From contig CAVQUB010000005.1 in NCBI GenBank assembly GCA_963716725.1, positions 672,001 to 736,000 on the forward strand: 64,000 nucleotides of DNA. Direction: 5' to 3'. Positions 51,260 through 61,891 of this stretch are shown here, one piece after another. Under the pieces are notes generated by a model. That model worked only from the letters and a program-made list of their open reading frames with translations. It did not search any database and was not told the DNA's origin. Made by a program: the position numbers and the translations under genes. Numbering within the stretch: the stretch's first letter is position 1; each line of letters starts with the position of its first letter. This stretch comes from an uncultured delta proteobacterium. Lineage in GTDB: Bacteria; Myxococcota_A; Polyangia; Polyangiales; Polyangiaceae.

Positions 51260-51556
51260 ATGAACAAGCTCCGCTCGCTCTCGATCTTCGTCCTCGCGCT
51301 CGGACTCGTGCCGTGGCTGCCGCTCTACGTCGAGCGCACGATGACCCGCGCCTCGGTCGTGGGACACGGCGGCGACGTCATTACCTACGGCTGGAGGCTC
51401 CGTGCCCTGGTCGGATTCTGGCAGGACCTCGGTTACATGCGCGCCGAGCAGTCGCCCGCGGTCTATTTCGGCTTCAACCTTGCGTTGGCGCTGGCCTATG
51501 CGGCAGGCGCGACGGCCGCCGTCCGCGCGCTGCTCCGCCGCGCGTCCAAAGCGTGA
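51260..51556 (+). CDS. Small two-TM membrane protein
   Basis: MNKLRSLSIFVLALGLVPWLPLY...; two hydrophobic segments. Confidence 0.55.
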   Translation: MNKLRSLSIFVLALGLVPWLPLYVERTMTRASVVGHGGDVITYGWRLRALVGFWQDLGYMRAEQSPAVYFGFNLALALAYAAGATAAVRALLRRASKA

Positions 51557-51858
51557 GCTGCGCTCGATCTCGACGCGCGAAAATGACCAGTCGCCCGGAA
51601 CTCACCACCACCGAGCCTGAGGACCATCGACGATGGCGTTAGCCCGGCGCCACCAGACCCCGCGCGATCTTCTTCCAGGCCCGGGCGTAGAGCTTCGGCG
51701 AGCCGAAGAGACCGAGGGTGAGCACGGCTCGGCCGTGGACCACTGCGAGGCCGATCTGCCCCGGTCGCGGTTCCAGCAGCGCCCTTCGACGCAGCTCACG
51801 GGCACGTCGACCGGCTGACCTGGGGCTCCGCTCCGCATCCCGTAGTATCCTCGCGCCC

Positions 51859-53540
51859 GTGTCCGCCACCGGGCTCTTTCCCCGCGGTGCGCCGCGCCCG
51901 ACCAGCAGTGCTGGGGAGCAGGCCCTGCATCGCGCGCTCGAGACCGGCCTGCCGCAAGGCTGGACCGCGTGGCACTCGCTTCGCGTTCGCTCGGAGTCGG
52001 GTTGGGAGGGGGAGGGCGACTTCGTCGTGGCGATCCCCGATCGCGGCTTGCTCGTGATCGAAGTGAAGAGCGGCGCCATCGAGGTGCGCGACGGGCAGTG
52101 GCTGCAGAACGGCAAACAGATGGACCGCGCGCCGCGGGAACAGGGCCACTCGTTCGCGCGTCTGCTCGTGCGAAAGCTCGAAGAGCGCGGGCTCGCACAT
52201 GCGCCGCCCTTCGAGGTCGCCACCGCGTTTCCGAGTTGCCCGTTCAGCAATCCGCCGAGGCAAGGCGATCTCGAGGGCGCGGTGCTCGGTCAGCAGGATC
52301 TGCCCTACCTGCGGCGAGGCCCTCGAGGCGATGCGAGAGCGGCTGTTCGGCACGCGCCCGCCGCCTCGGGATCGGCGTTTCGTCCATGCGCTCCACGAGC
52401 TCTGGGGCGAGAGCTGGACCCCTCGCCTCGCGCTCGGGCGACCACGCACGGCTCCGCGCGCAAGAGCTCGTGCCGCTCGATGAGCAGCAACTGCACGTGC
52501 TCGACATGCTTCGCAAGAACCAGCGCTGCCTCGTGACGGGCGGCCCGGGCACGGGCAAGACGCTTGCTCGCGTGCGAGATGTGGCGACGGCTCCGCGAGC
52601 GCGGTGCCCGTCCCGTGCTGTTGTGCTGGACGACCGCGCTGGCGAGGGCGCTGCGCGCGACTGACATTGGTGAGGCGTTCACCGTGCGCGAGCTGGCGGC
52701 TGAGCTGGTCATGAACGCCGGGATCGATCTTCAGGACGGCGCTCCGCCGAGCGCGTGGACCTCGGAGACCTGGGACGCGGCTCCACTGTACGCCGCGGCC
52801 GACGCGCTCGACGGGGCGCGAGTCCGCTTCGATGCGGTCGTCATCGACGAAGCACAGGACCTCTCTCCGAACGACTGGGAGCTCGTGCGAAGTCTCGCCG
52901 AAGGTCGGCCGCTCTGGGGTTTCGCCGACGACGGTCAAGGGTTCTGGAGCGACCGCCACGTTCCGAAGGAGACGTTCGGGCGCTGTTCGAGCTGTGGGAG
53001 CGCTACCGTTGCCCCGAGCCCCTCGCGGCCTTTGCCGATCACTACCGAGTGAGGCGCACTCCGTCGGTACCGCCGCCGGGCATGCCGCCGCGAGTTTCTT
53101 CGGCGCCCCCGCCCGGACCCGTCGAGCCCTTCGACGAGCTCCGGGTGGTGCGCCTGCCCAGCGCGACCGCGCTCGAGCAATACGTGGCGCGCGAGATCCA
53201 CAAAGCGCTCGCGGACGGCCTGCCCGCAGGGTCCATCGCCGTGCTTTCGCTCGGGGGCCAGCTCAAGACCGAGCTCTGCACCCGCGACCGTATCGGCGAT
53301 GTGCCCGTGCGCCGAGCCGATGCCTCCGACGCCGATGAGCACGTCGTCGCTGACACGTTCCTGCGCTTCAAGGGCCTCGAGCGACCGTTGGTCTTGGTGG
53401 TGGAGCTCGACCGCGGGCGGCATCGGTACGACGTGCGGATGCACGTAGCGCTCACGCGCGCGAACGTGCGCTGTGTGGTCTTGGCAACGAAGGAAGAGAT
53501 CGAGGCGGATCCCAGACTCTCGGCGGCCGTGGGGACGTGA
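51859..53540 (+). pseudogene. NERD nuclease fused to SF1 (UvrD-like) helicase, about four frameshifts
   Basis: EGDFVV...LLVIEVKSG; GGPGTGKT; VVIDEAQD; FKGLE; VALTRA, spread over frames with shifts near 52313, 52440, 52563 and 52978. Confidence 0.85.
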
Positions 53541-53989
53541 TGCGCCTCTATTTCGCCTACGGCTCCAACATGGGCCTCGATGAGCTGAGCAAGCCCAACC
53601 GCTGCCCGAATGCGCGCCAGGTGGGCATCGCTCGGATCGACGACTCTCGGCTCGGTTTCACCCGGTATTCGGAGAAACGCGGCGGCGGCGTTGCGGATCT
53701 CGTCGAGGCGCCGACCGGGGTCGTGTGGGGCGCGCTGTTCGAGATCAGCGACGACGAGCTCGGGCAGCTCGACCGGGTCGAGGGGCATCCGCGCGCGTAT
53801 GTGCGACGTCCTTGGACCGTCACTAGGCCCGACGGGGTCGCCATGGAGGCCTGGGTGTACACCGTCGTCGACAAGAAGCTCGAACAAAAGCCCAGCCACG
53901 AGTACTGGCGGCTGCTCGTCGACGGTGCCACTCAAGCCGGACTGCCCGCCGCTTACGTCGCAGAGCTCGAGAAGCTCGACCACCTCTGA
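53540..53989 (+). CDS. Gamma-glutamylcyclotransferase family protein
   Basis: YFAYGSNM, VWGALF, LDRVEG, PS.EY; TGATG overlap with the helicase stop. Confidence 0.9.
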   Translation: MRLYFAYGSNMGLDELSKPNRCPNARQVGIARIDDSRLGFTRYSEKRGGGVADLVEAPTGVVWGALFEISDDELGQLDRVEGHPRAYVRRPWTVTRPDGVAMEAWVYTVVDKKLEQKPSHEYWRLLVDGATQAGLPAAYVAELEKLDHL

Positions 53990-54122
53990 AAGTGCGGCGA
54001 CCCCGAGGAATCCCTGACCAGGGACGCGCGCGTGCTGCTCCGAGCCCTGGTCACCGCCGCCAAGACCGACGCGCTTCGTGACGAGTCGGCGTCGAGCTGC
54101 AGGCGCTCAGCTACCACCGAGC

Positions 54123-55250
54123 CTACGGCGTGGGGCAACCGGTGACTACGTGGTCGGCGCCGGCAACGCGGTCGACGCCCGAGTCCATCTCAACGACCAA
54201 AGATCCGTCCTCGAGCCGATTGCACACGAAGCTCGAGGGTTTCGCGGATGTAGCCATCATGAATAGTAGTTTTCCGTTCCAGCCGGGTTGGTTCATTTGT
54301 TGGAATCCTTGCGCGAACACGTTGTGTTTCACGAGACACTGCGAGTCGCCGCCGCAGCGCAGGGTCTTTAGCCCCCAAATGGCGAAGAAGTTATCCTCGA
54401 TGACGATTTGGTTTTTCGCGTGAGTGGTTGCGAACATGACGTCGGTCTTGCCGCCGGTCGCGTCCGGGTCGATGTGGTTGCCACGGATCGTGATTTGTCC
54501 GGTTGTGGCAGAGGCTTCGCCGACCTGGAAGCCATCTGCGTGGGCGTCGGAAGTCAGGTTCAGCGTGTGCATGTAGTTGTAGGTAACGTTCAGGCCGTCC
54601 ACTTTGCCGCCGACGAAGAAGAAGTCCTCGCAACCGGTGATCTCGTTCCGGTTTACCGTCATGTTTTGGTAGTCTTGCACCAAGAACACCTTGGACATGC
54701 TGCTGCATTTGATGGTGCTGTATTCGATGGTGAGATTCTTGTGGCCGGTGGCTTTGACGGGATACAGGCCGTTGCAGTTGATGACCACATTGCGAATGGT
54801 CACGTCGTCGGAGTTGACTTCCAAGCAGCCGTTGATGACGACGTTTTCGATGACCGCGGGGCTGGTGACGGTCATTGGCCCTGAGTAGACGCTCGTCGGT
54901 GCTGCGCCGGTGACACCGGAGCCTAGAGACACGCCCACGTCGCTTGGCTTTACGTGACCGTAGGGTTTTCCAGTGGCGCCGCCTGCTCCGCCGCTTCCGC
55001 CCGCCGTTCCACCGCTGCCCGCCGTTCCACCGCTTCCGCCCGCCGTTCCACCGCTGCCCGCCACACCGCCGCTTCCGCCCGCCGTTCCACCGCTGCCCGC
55101 CACACCGCCGCTTCCGGCGCCGCTCGAACCTGCCGCGCCACCTATGCCGCCCCCTGCCGTGCCCCCGGTGGCACTCGGACCTGAATCATCCCCAGAACAG
55201 CCGAGAGTGAACGCCAAGAGCAATGTCGCGGGCAGGAACGTGTAGCGCAT
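54123..55250 (-). CDS. Right-handed beta-helix lipoprotein
   Basis: TLGC lipobox, Gly linker, stacked VTI.N/Y repeats, HADGFQ; visibly lower GC. Confidence 0.8.
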   Translation of the reverse strand: MRYTFLPATLLLAFTLGCSGDDSGPSATGGTAGGGIGGAAGSSGAGSGGVAGSGGTAGGSGGVAGSGGTAGGSGGTAGSGGTAGGSGGAGGATGKPYGHVKPSDVGVSLGSGVTGAAPTSVYSGPMTVTSPAVIENVVINGCLEVNSDDVTIRNVVINCNGLYPVKATGHKNLTIEYSTIKCSSMSKVFLVQDYQNMTVNRNEITGCEDFFFVGGKVDGLNVTYNYMHTLNLTSDAHADGFQVGEASATTGQITIRGNHIDPDATGGKTDVMFATTHAKNQIVIEDNFFAIWGLKTLRCGGDSQCLVKHNVFAQGFQQMNQPGWNGKLLFMMATSAKPSSFVCNRLEDGSLVVEMDSGVDRVAGADHVVTGCPTP

Positions 55251-55410
55251 ACCGCCCAGGTTAGCTCAGCGCTGGTGGGGGCTACTTACGAAGCCTGCGC
55301 GCATTTCTCTGCCGCGCCCAGATCCGCAGCAACTGAGGCACTTTCCGCAGGATCGCGGCGGTCGCTGGTACAGTCCAGCCATGCCGATGCGGCCCAGGGG
55401 CCACGGCCTC

Positions 55411-56937
55411 TCAAAACGAACCCTGGAGACCAAAGCTGCCCGCGCTCGGTCCCAGCAGCAGCGTGGGAAAGACCCGGGGGCGCGCCAGCTCCGGGCGCTC
55501 GTGGGTATAGCGATCGGGATCGTCACCGGTCAGGAGCAAGACCGACCCCGTCACCAAGGCAGCGGCCCCCACTCCGATCCCGAGGTAGCCGTAGAGATCT
55601 CGCGCCTTGGCCTGGTCGTAGTCGTCGAGCGCGAGCCCCTTTCGGCGATTGCACTCTTCCGCCGAGGGAGCGCTGATGACTGGTGGGTTGCACTGCTTCT
55701 TGTCGATCTTGTCCTGCCAGCCCTGGGCTTCCGAGATCAAGTCGTCCTTCTTGCCCTTGTTCCAGATCAGGTATCCGGCGCCGGCGCCTGTCACCACCGC
55801 GCCACTGATCACGCCGACCCAGCCCCAAGTCTTGAACAGCCTCGCCTTGTTCTCGTAGCGCTGTCGGTACTCGGGCAGCGGCTCGAGCGCGATGCGAACG
55901 GTCGTGGTTCGCCCCCTGGCCACCTCCACCCGACGCTCGACGGGCTCGAAGCCGTCGCGTTCGACGCGCAGCAGGTGGGGGCCCGCCGGAACCGCGAGCG
56001 CGTTCAGGTACTTGCCTTGGGTGACGCCGTCGACGCCGAAGGTGCAGTCGGGCTCGCTCAGGTCCAGGGCCAGCTGGCCGCCTTCGCTGGGCAGGGCGCT
56101 GCTGTCCACGCTGGGCTCCAGAGTCACCTCGCCGCGGACTGCTTCGCCGAGCTCGACCGCCTGAGACACGGTGACGTAGCCCGCGCGCCGGAGCGCGATG
56201 CTGTGCTTGCCCGGCGCGACTACCAACGGAGCTGGGAGCGGCGTCGTCCCGGCCCGCTTGCCGTCCACGAGCACGTCTGCCCCTACGATCCGCGATTTGA
56301 CCCCGAGCTGCGCGAGCCGACCTTCGAAGGCACGCAGCTCCAACGACAGCGTCTTCTGGGTGGCCCCGGCCAGCGTGATCTCACGCCGTTCCGGGATGTA
56401 GCCCGGCGCCGTCACACCCACTACGCGTGAACCACTGGTGACCTTGATCGGTTTGCTGAGCGGCAGCTTTCCGACCGGCAGGCCGTCGATCTCGAGCTCG
56501 GCGCCTTCCACGTTGGCCTTGACCTCGAGCTCCGCAATGCGCTGCGCCTGCTCGTCGCGGGTGCGTCCGGCCCGCTCGAGCTTGTCTCTAGCCAAGGTGC
56601 CAGGGTTCTTGATCACCTCGTCGAGGGTGGCCACGGCTTCGACCGCGCGACCCATCGCGGCGTAGACCAAGCCGATGTTGTAGGCGACGACCGGATGCGG
56701 CGAGAGCTCGTTGGCACGCTTGAACTCGGCGAGGGCGCCCGCGTTGTCACCGTCGTTGAACAGGCGAAGCCCGCGGCCGAAGCGATCACGGGCCTCGGTC
56801 TTTGCATCCGGAGCCTCGTCGGCGTGGGCAGGGGTGGAAACGAAGAGCAGGCAGGGCGAGAGCGCGAGCCCGAGCGCGATCAGCAGAGCGCGTGATGAAG
56901 CCCACCGATTGGATCGGCGCACAGGTTCGTCACTCAT
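55411..56937 (-). CDS. TPR + PEGA domain protein
   Basis: Signal ...AHA; ARDRFGRG...ALAEFKRA...YNIG; three DG..G..P....V..G.H....GY PEGA repeats; ends LQGSF. Confidence 0.88.
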   Translation of the reverse strand: MSDEPVRRSNRWASSRALLIALGLALSPCLLFVSTPAHADEAPDAKTEARDRFGRGLRLFNDGDNAGALAEFKRANELSPHPVVAYNIGLVYAAMGRAVEAVATLDEVIKNPGTLARDKLERAGRTRDEQAQRIAELEVKANVEGAELEIDGLPVGKLPLSKPIKVTSGSRVVGVTAPGYIPERREITLAGATQKTLSLELRAFEGRLAQLGVKSRIVGADVLVDGKRAGTTPLPAPLVVAPGKHSIALRRAGYVTVSQAVELGEAVRGEVTLEPSVDSSALPSEGGQLALDLSEPDCTFGVDGVTQGKYLNALAVPAGPHLLRVERDGFEPVERRVEVARGRTTTVRIALEPLPEYRQRYENKARLFKTWGWVGVISGAVVTGAGAGYLIWNKGKKDDLISEAQGWQDKIDKKQCNPPVISAPSAEECNRRKGLALDDYDQAKARDLYGYLGIGVGAAALVTGSVLLLTGDDPDRYTHERPELARPRVFPTLLLGPSAGSFGLQGSF

Positions 56938-58366
56938 ACGGGTTCTTCTCGTCCAGACCTGTCTTCTTCGCTTTGGACGACGGCGCAGGCGCTGGTTCCT
57001 TGCTGGGCGCCGGACCTGCCGGGAGCGGTCTCGGGGTGGGTTCGGCGCTGGCCGAAGCCGACGGTGGAGCCATGGGTTCGGGGGCAGGGCTCGCTGCCAG
57101 GCCGGCGGCGGGCAGGACCGGCCCGCTGGTGGCTGGCACTGTCGCCTCCGCGCTGGCCGAAGCTCCATCGCTCGAAGGATGGGATCCGAGCGCGAGCAGC
57201 CCGATCGCAACGACGCCCGCCAAGGCGGCGGCCACAACCGCCACCACTCGCCCACGCGACGTCCCGCTGCCCTGGCTCAGGGTGCGGCCCAGCGCCGCGG
57301 CGTCGATCGATGACGGGCGTCCGGCCGCGTTGACGGGGACGGCGCTCGAGTGCGGATCCGCCGTCATGGCCCGCGCTGGCGGCATGGCCAGCATTCCTGA
57401 GGCCGCCATCGACGCCGGGGCGTCGGCTGCGGCGGGCGTGACCGCGCTCTCCTCTGCCAGGATGGTGGCCGCGTAGGCAGCGCGAGCTTCGGCGCGCTCG
57501 AAGGGCTCCAGTGCAGCGGAAAGATCTGCGGCGGTGGCGAAACGCTCTTCGCGATCGCCCGCCATGGCCTTTTCCACCAGCCGATGGAAGGCGAGGGGCA
57601 GCTCCGGACAAAAGTCGCTGAGGGGAGCGGCCTTGCCCTCATGGATTCGGAGCGCGAGCTCGGGCAGCGTTTCAGCGTCGAAGGGCCGGCGTCCGCTCGC
57701 GCATTCGTACAGGATCACGCCCAGCGCGTACACGTCTGCGCGTGCGTCGAGATCCTTCGCACCGCGCACCTGCTCCGGCGGCATGTAGTAGGGCGTGCCC
57801 AGCATCGAGCCCTCGCGGGTGACGGCGTGATCGTCGGTGAGGGCGCTGGCGAACTTCGAGATGCCGAAATCCAGGACCTTCACGAAGGGGCGGCCGTCGC
57901 GCTCGGTGACGAACAGGTTGTCGGGCTTCAGATCGCGGTGCACGACGCCCGCGTCGTGGGCTGCCTGGATCCCGCTGCAGGCTTGACGCATCAAATGCGC
58001 CAGGTGGTCGAGGGCGAGTCTTCCGCGCGCTGCAATCTGTCGAGTCAGCTCTTCGCCGCGCAGGAGCTCCATGACCAGGTACGGGTCGCCGGTTGGGAGC
58101 GTCCCGGCGTCGTAGGTCTCGACGATGTGTGGGTTTCCGATGCGGCCGGCGGCGGAGGCCTCGCGGAGGAAACGCTCGACCACCGAGGCATTGCCCAGCA
58201 CGTTCTTGTGCAAGAGCTTCAGCGCGCGGCGGTGGTGAGTGAAGACGTGCTCAATCTCGTACACGGCGCCCATGCCGCCGCTGCCGAGCTCCCGGATGAC
58301 CTTGAACTTCCCTCCGATGACGCTGCCGGGGGCCGGCGTTTCCGCGGGCGTGTTCACGGCTGGCAT
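56930..58366 (-). CDS. Hanks-type Ser/Thr protein kinase, single TM, ends ..NPYE
   Basis: GSGGMGAVY, ALK, HRDLKPDN, DFGISK, GTPYYMPPE. Confidence 0.95.
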   Translation of the reverse strand: MPAVNTPAETPAPGSVIGGKFKVIRELGSGGMGAVYEIEHVFTHHRRALKLLHKNVLGNASVVERFLREASAAGRIGNPHIVETYDAGTLPTGDPYLVMELLRGEELTRQIAARGRLALDHLAHLMRQACSGIQAAHDAGVVHRDLKPDNLFVTERDGRPFVKVLDFGISKFASALTDDHAVTREGSMLGTPYYMPPEQVRGAKDLDARADVYALGVILYECASGRRPFDAETLPELALRIHEGKAAPLSDFCPELPLAFHRLVEKAMAGDREERFATAADLSAALEPFERAEARAAYAATILAEESAVTPAAADAPASMAASGMLAMPPARAMTADPHSSAVPVNAAGRPSSIDAAALGRTLSQGSGTSRGRVVAVVAAALAGVVAIGLLALGSHPSSDGASASAEATVPATSGPVLPAAGLAASPAPEPMAPPSASASAEPTPRPLPAGPAPSKEPAPAPSSKAKKTGLDEKNPYE

Positions 58367-60840
58367 TTCACCAGGCGCGCCCTCAGCGCGCCATCTTGGT
58401 ACACGATGGCGAAGCTCGAGGCGTCCACCGGCGCGATGCTGATGCCGCTCATGGTGCTGGCCGGCGCCAGATCCGTGAAGATCAGCGACGCAGCGTCCAG
58501 GCTCTCGGGGATCCAGAGGTAGGAGAGGTACAGGCCGCGGGCCGCGGTCAGCGCCACGCCGCCCGCCACCGCCGCGACCCGCAGGTCGCCGCCGCCCAGC
58601 GGGGATACGAGCGAGATCGTCTTCAGGACGGCGCCGGTGGTCTCGTGGAAGCGCGTCAGGCCGAGCGTGGTCCCGTGCTGCCAAGCGACGATGAAGCTCG
58701 AGCCCACGTGGGTCACGCTGGTGGGGAAGGTAGAACCCCCCGTGCTCTCCCAGGCTTTGAGCGGTGGGGTGGTGAGGCTGGCCAGGTTCTTCTGGGCGAC
58801 GGCGGTGCAGAGGTGCCAGCCGCCGGCGTCGGGGCACGACCAGGCGACCAGCGCTGACGAACCGCCCACCGCAACGGCGGGCTGCGCCAGGGACACCGTG
58901 TAGGAAGTCACCGCGAGCGGAGACACCGGGTCGAGCAGGTGCTGCGTGGAGACCAGGCCGGCCGGGCTCATGGTCGCGGCGTAGAGCCGGTGGGTCGTGC
59001 CGTCCGCGTGGCTGTCCTGCCAGACCAGCACGTAGTCGCTGCCGTTCCATGCGAGAGCGGGCCGCGAAGCCCCGATGAGCCCCCCGCTCGTGTAGTTCCA
59101 GTTCGCCAAGGTGTTGAGTGCGGTCGTGGTCGGAGTCCCCAGCGCCGAGTCGGTTCGGAACACGGTGGTCTTCTGGGTGACGACGGTGGTGGTGTTCACC
59201 ATCGCACCGAAGGCGATCCCCGTCCCGTCCGTCGCCGCCGTGAGCCCGGCGAAGAAATTGTTCCCCGAAGCGAACTCAACGGCAGAGCCCTGGACCGCCA
59301 GGTTCGCGTCGAGCTTGAAGGCGCGGATGCTGGTGGTGCCCGTGCCGTTCTGATTCGGGCCGTCGTTCAACGCAAAGACTCGGAAGCTGCCGTCTGGCAG
59401 GCGGATGAGCACCGGCGCACCCGGCACGTTCTCGAAGACCTGTTTGCCGGCGTACTCGGGGCCCGTCGCGATCGTCGTCGCGGCCTGGGCCTTCCACAGC
59501 CCTTCGTCCACGTGGCCGTTGCAGTTGTTGTCCTTCTGATCGCAGAGCTCCGGCGCGCCGCCATAGACCTTGGGGTCGGCGTCGTCGCAGTCGTCCGCGC
59601 CGCTCCCGCAAGCCACCGCGAAGTGTCCGTCCTTGTCGACGTCCTGGGGACCGGTCGGGGTGTGGGTGCAGCCCGCCGTCTCGCTGCAGGTGTCGGCGGT
59701 GCAGGGGTTCAGATCGTCGCAGGGCGGCTCGCCGAGGTAGCAGTAACCCTTCACGCACTGCTCGATGCCGTTGCAGAGCGAGTTGTCCTGGCACTCGAGA
59801 TCACCCCCGCAGGTCTTGCCCGTGCTGGCGTCCGGCGGCGGCCCGCCGTCGCCGGATCCGGCGTCGGCGTTGCACAGCGCACCGCCCTTGAGGCACGAGT
59901 TTTGCGCGCAGCAGTAGCCCGCGTTCACGTTGCAATCGAGGTTGTTCACGCACTCGAACACGCAGGCGCCGGAGATGCAGTAGAGCCCGCCCGGGCATTG
60001 GCTGGTGAGCGCGCAGGCTTGACCGTACCCCGGCGGGGCGCCGACCGGCGCCTCGAACAGGCAGCGATTGCCGACGCATTGCTTGCCGGGCGGACAATCC
60101 ACCGCGGTCTTGCACTCGAGCTCGCAGGATCCGACGGAGCAGATCAGCGGCGCGGTGCAGTCGCTGTTGAGCTTGCAGGGGGCGCCCGTCTGCACCGGTG
60201 AGTCGGCGCTCGCGTCGGAAGGCCACCCCGCACCGCATACGTTCCCGACGCAGCTGGTGCCGGGCGAGCAGTCCTTGTTGCCCAAGCACTGGAGCACGCA
60301 GCTTCCGCTCTTGCAGATCTGATTACCCGGGCACTCGGAGCTGTACGAGCACGACGCCCCCGGCGGCGCCGAGTCCTGGCCGCCGTCTCCCAGCTTGGAC
60401 GGGAGCTTGCCGTCCACCAGCTCGACCTTGTCCGCGCAGAGGCCCTGGGTGCAGATCTGGCCCAGGACGCAATCGTTGTCGCTGCTGCATTTGTCCCGGC
60501 ACTCGCCGTCCGGTCCGCAGGCCAGCTCCTCGGGGCACGAAGCGCTGGACTTGCACGTCTGCTCATCAGGCAAGAGACAGACGTGCTCGGGCTTGGTGCC
60601 GAGCACGCAGCGCAGGTCCTTGTCGCAGTCTGCGCTGGTGTTGCACTGGACGTGACACAGCCTGAAGGCGCAGATCAGCGGATCGGGCTTCTGCCCGCAG
60701 TCGCTGTTGACCACGCAGCCTTCGGCCAGCTTGCCCCGCCGCAGAGCGTCGGCCGCGTCGTCACCGCCACACGCAGTGGGCAAGACGAAGGCCAGAACCA
60801 GCACACACCCGAGCTCCCGACCCCAGCGCCCCGTTCGCAT
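58354..60840 (-). CDS. Cys-rich lipoprotein with MopE-like metal-binding motif and C-terminal beta-propeller-like domain
   Basis: PTAC lipobox; C...SDC repeats; DVDKDGH...DCDD...GAPELCDQKDNNCNGHVDEG. Confidence 0.85.
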   Translation of the reverse strand: MRTGRWGRELGCVLVLAFVLPTACGGDDAADALRRGKLAEGCVVNSDCGQKPDPLICAFRLCHVQCNTSADCDKDLRCVLGTKPEHVCLLPDEQTCKSSASCPEELACGPDGECRDKCSSDNDCVLGQICTQGLCADKVELVDGKLPSKLGDGGQDSAPPGASCSYSSECPGNQICKSGSCVLQCLGNKDCSPGTSCVGNVCGAGWPSDASADSPVQTGAPCKLNSDCTAPLICSVGSCELECKTAVDCPPGKQCVGNRCLFEAPVGAPPGYGQACALTSQCPGGLYCISGACVFECVNNLDCNVNAGYCCAQNSCLKGGALCNADAGSGDGGPPPDASTGKTCGGDLECQDNSLCNGIEQCVKGYCYLGEPPCDDLNPCTADTCSETAGCTHTPTGPQDVDKDGHFAVACGSGADDCDDADPKVYGGAPELCDQKDNNCNGHVDEGLWKAQAATTIATGPEYAGKQVFENVPGAPVLIRLPDGSFRVFALNDGPNQNGTGTTSIRAFKLDANLAVQGSAVEFASGNNFFAGLTAATDGTGIAFGAMVNTTTVVTQKTTVFRTDSALGTPTTTALNTLANWNYTSGGLIGASRPALAWNGSDYVLVWQDSHADGTTHRLYAATMSPAGLVSTQHLLDPVSPLAVTSYTVSLAQPAVAVGGSSALVAWSCPDAGGWHLCTAVAQKNLASLTTPPLKAWESTGGSTFPTSVTHVGSSFIVAWQHGTTLGLTRFHETTGAVLKTISLVSPLGGGDLRVAAVAGGVALTAARGLYLSYLWIPESLDAASLIFTDLAPASTMSGISIAPVDASSFAIVYQDGALRARLVKCQP

Positions 60841-61012
60841 AGCGGTCCAGACTAGCCAGTTTCACGGACACGGACCACTGCTGGCCCACGTCGAATCCGA
60901 TCGGCGTCTGCCAGGTTGCAGCGCTGCCAACCTCTGGTTGGCGGCATCGGCAAAGAGCACCCGAAAAAGGCTGGAGTACGAGCTGGTCCGTTGCTTGCTC
61001 AGTGGTGCGCTG

Positions 61013-61891
61013 ATGACTGCGAATCCGCCTTGGAGATGCGCAAGCTGGCTGATCCTGCTGGGGATCCTGGCCGGGTGTCGGCAGGAGCCTCAGGAGCAGA
61101 CCCTGGAGGAGCCGGAACCCGCGGGCTGGAGCTCGGGGCGACTGGGCGGAGAGATCCTTCAAGACCTGCGGGAAGACGGCAGCCGCCTGTTCGCGCGGGT
61201 GCAACCGGTGCCGCCCAACTCGGATGCGCCGCGCGCGCTGGTGGTGCGCTGGCTCGGAGCTGCGGGAGCGCCTGCGAAGTGGGAGTTCGCCGACCAGGCC
61301 GTGTTGGACGCTCGCTTGGTACCGCGCAGCGGGGGCGCGCTCGTGATCACGATGGCACGCAAGTTGTTCTGGCTGGCGTCACCCGAAGCCCGACCGAGCG
61401 AGCTGGACTCGCAGGTGAACGCGCCGCTGAGTCTGTCGGCGGACGGGCGCTTCGTGGCCTACGCACGGGGCGAGATCCCGGATCTGGAGATCGTGCGCTT
61501 TGGCCTAGAACATCGGGCCGTCGACGCCGTGACCGAAGGCATGGCTCCGGCGTGGAGTCCGGCGTTGTCCGAGGACGGATCGCGTTTGATCTTCGTCTCC
61601 GGCGCCCGCGGGTATCCAGACTTCTGGGAGATGAGCCGGGGAGGGCAGGTCGCGCGCCTCAGCGATCGCCAGATCGATCCGCTGCCCTTTCCCTCGGGGC
61701 CGTCCGCGCCCATCTGGACCGCGAACGCCCTGACCTTCGAAGACGCCGAGCGCGTGCACGTGGTGGCGCTGGGGCCCCTGCGGCTCTTGCGATCGATGCC
61801 AGGCAGCTTGCCGGTGGCCGCTCCCCAACGCAACGCGCTGCTGCTCCAGGGGCGCGCCGAGGCTGACTCGCGCTGGGAGCCGGTGCAGTGA
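61013..61891 (+). CDS. TolB/PD40-like beta-propeller lipoprotein
   Basis: LAGC lipobox; LSADGRFVAY and PALSEDGSRLIFVS repeats. Confidence 0.7.
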   Translation: MTANPPWRCASWLILLGILAGCRQEPQEQTLEEPEPAGWSSGRLGGEILQDLREDGSRLFARVQPVPPNSDAPRALVVRWLGAAGAPAKWEFADQAVLDARLVPRSGGALVITMARKLFWLASPEARPSELDSQVNAPLSLSADGRFVAYARGEIPDLEIVRFGLEHRAVDAVTEGMAPAWSPALSEDGSRLIFVSGARGYPDFWEMSRGGQVARLSDRQIDPLPFPSGPSAPIWTANALTFEDAERVHVVALGPLRLLRSMPGSLPVAAPQRNALLLQGRAEADSRWEPVQ

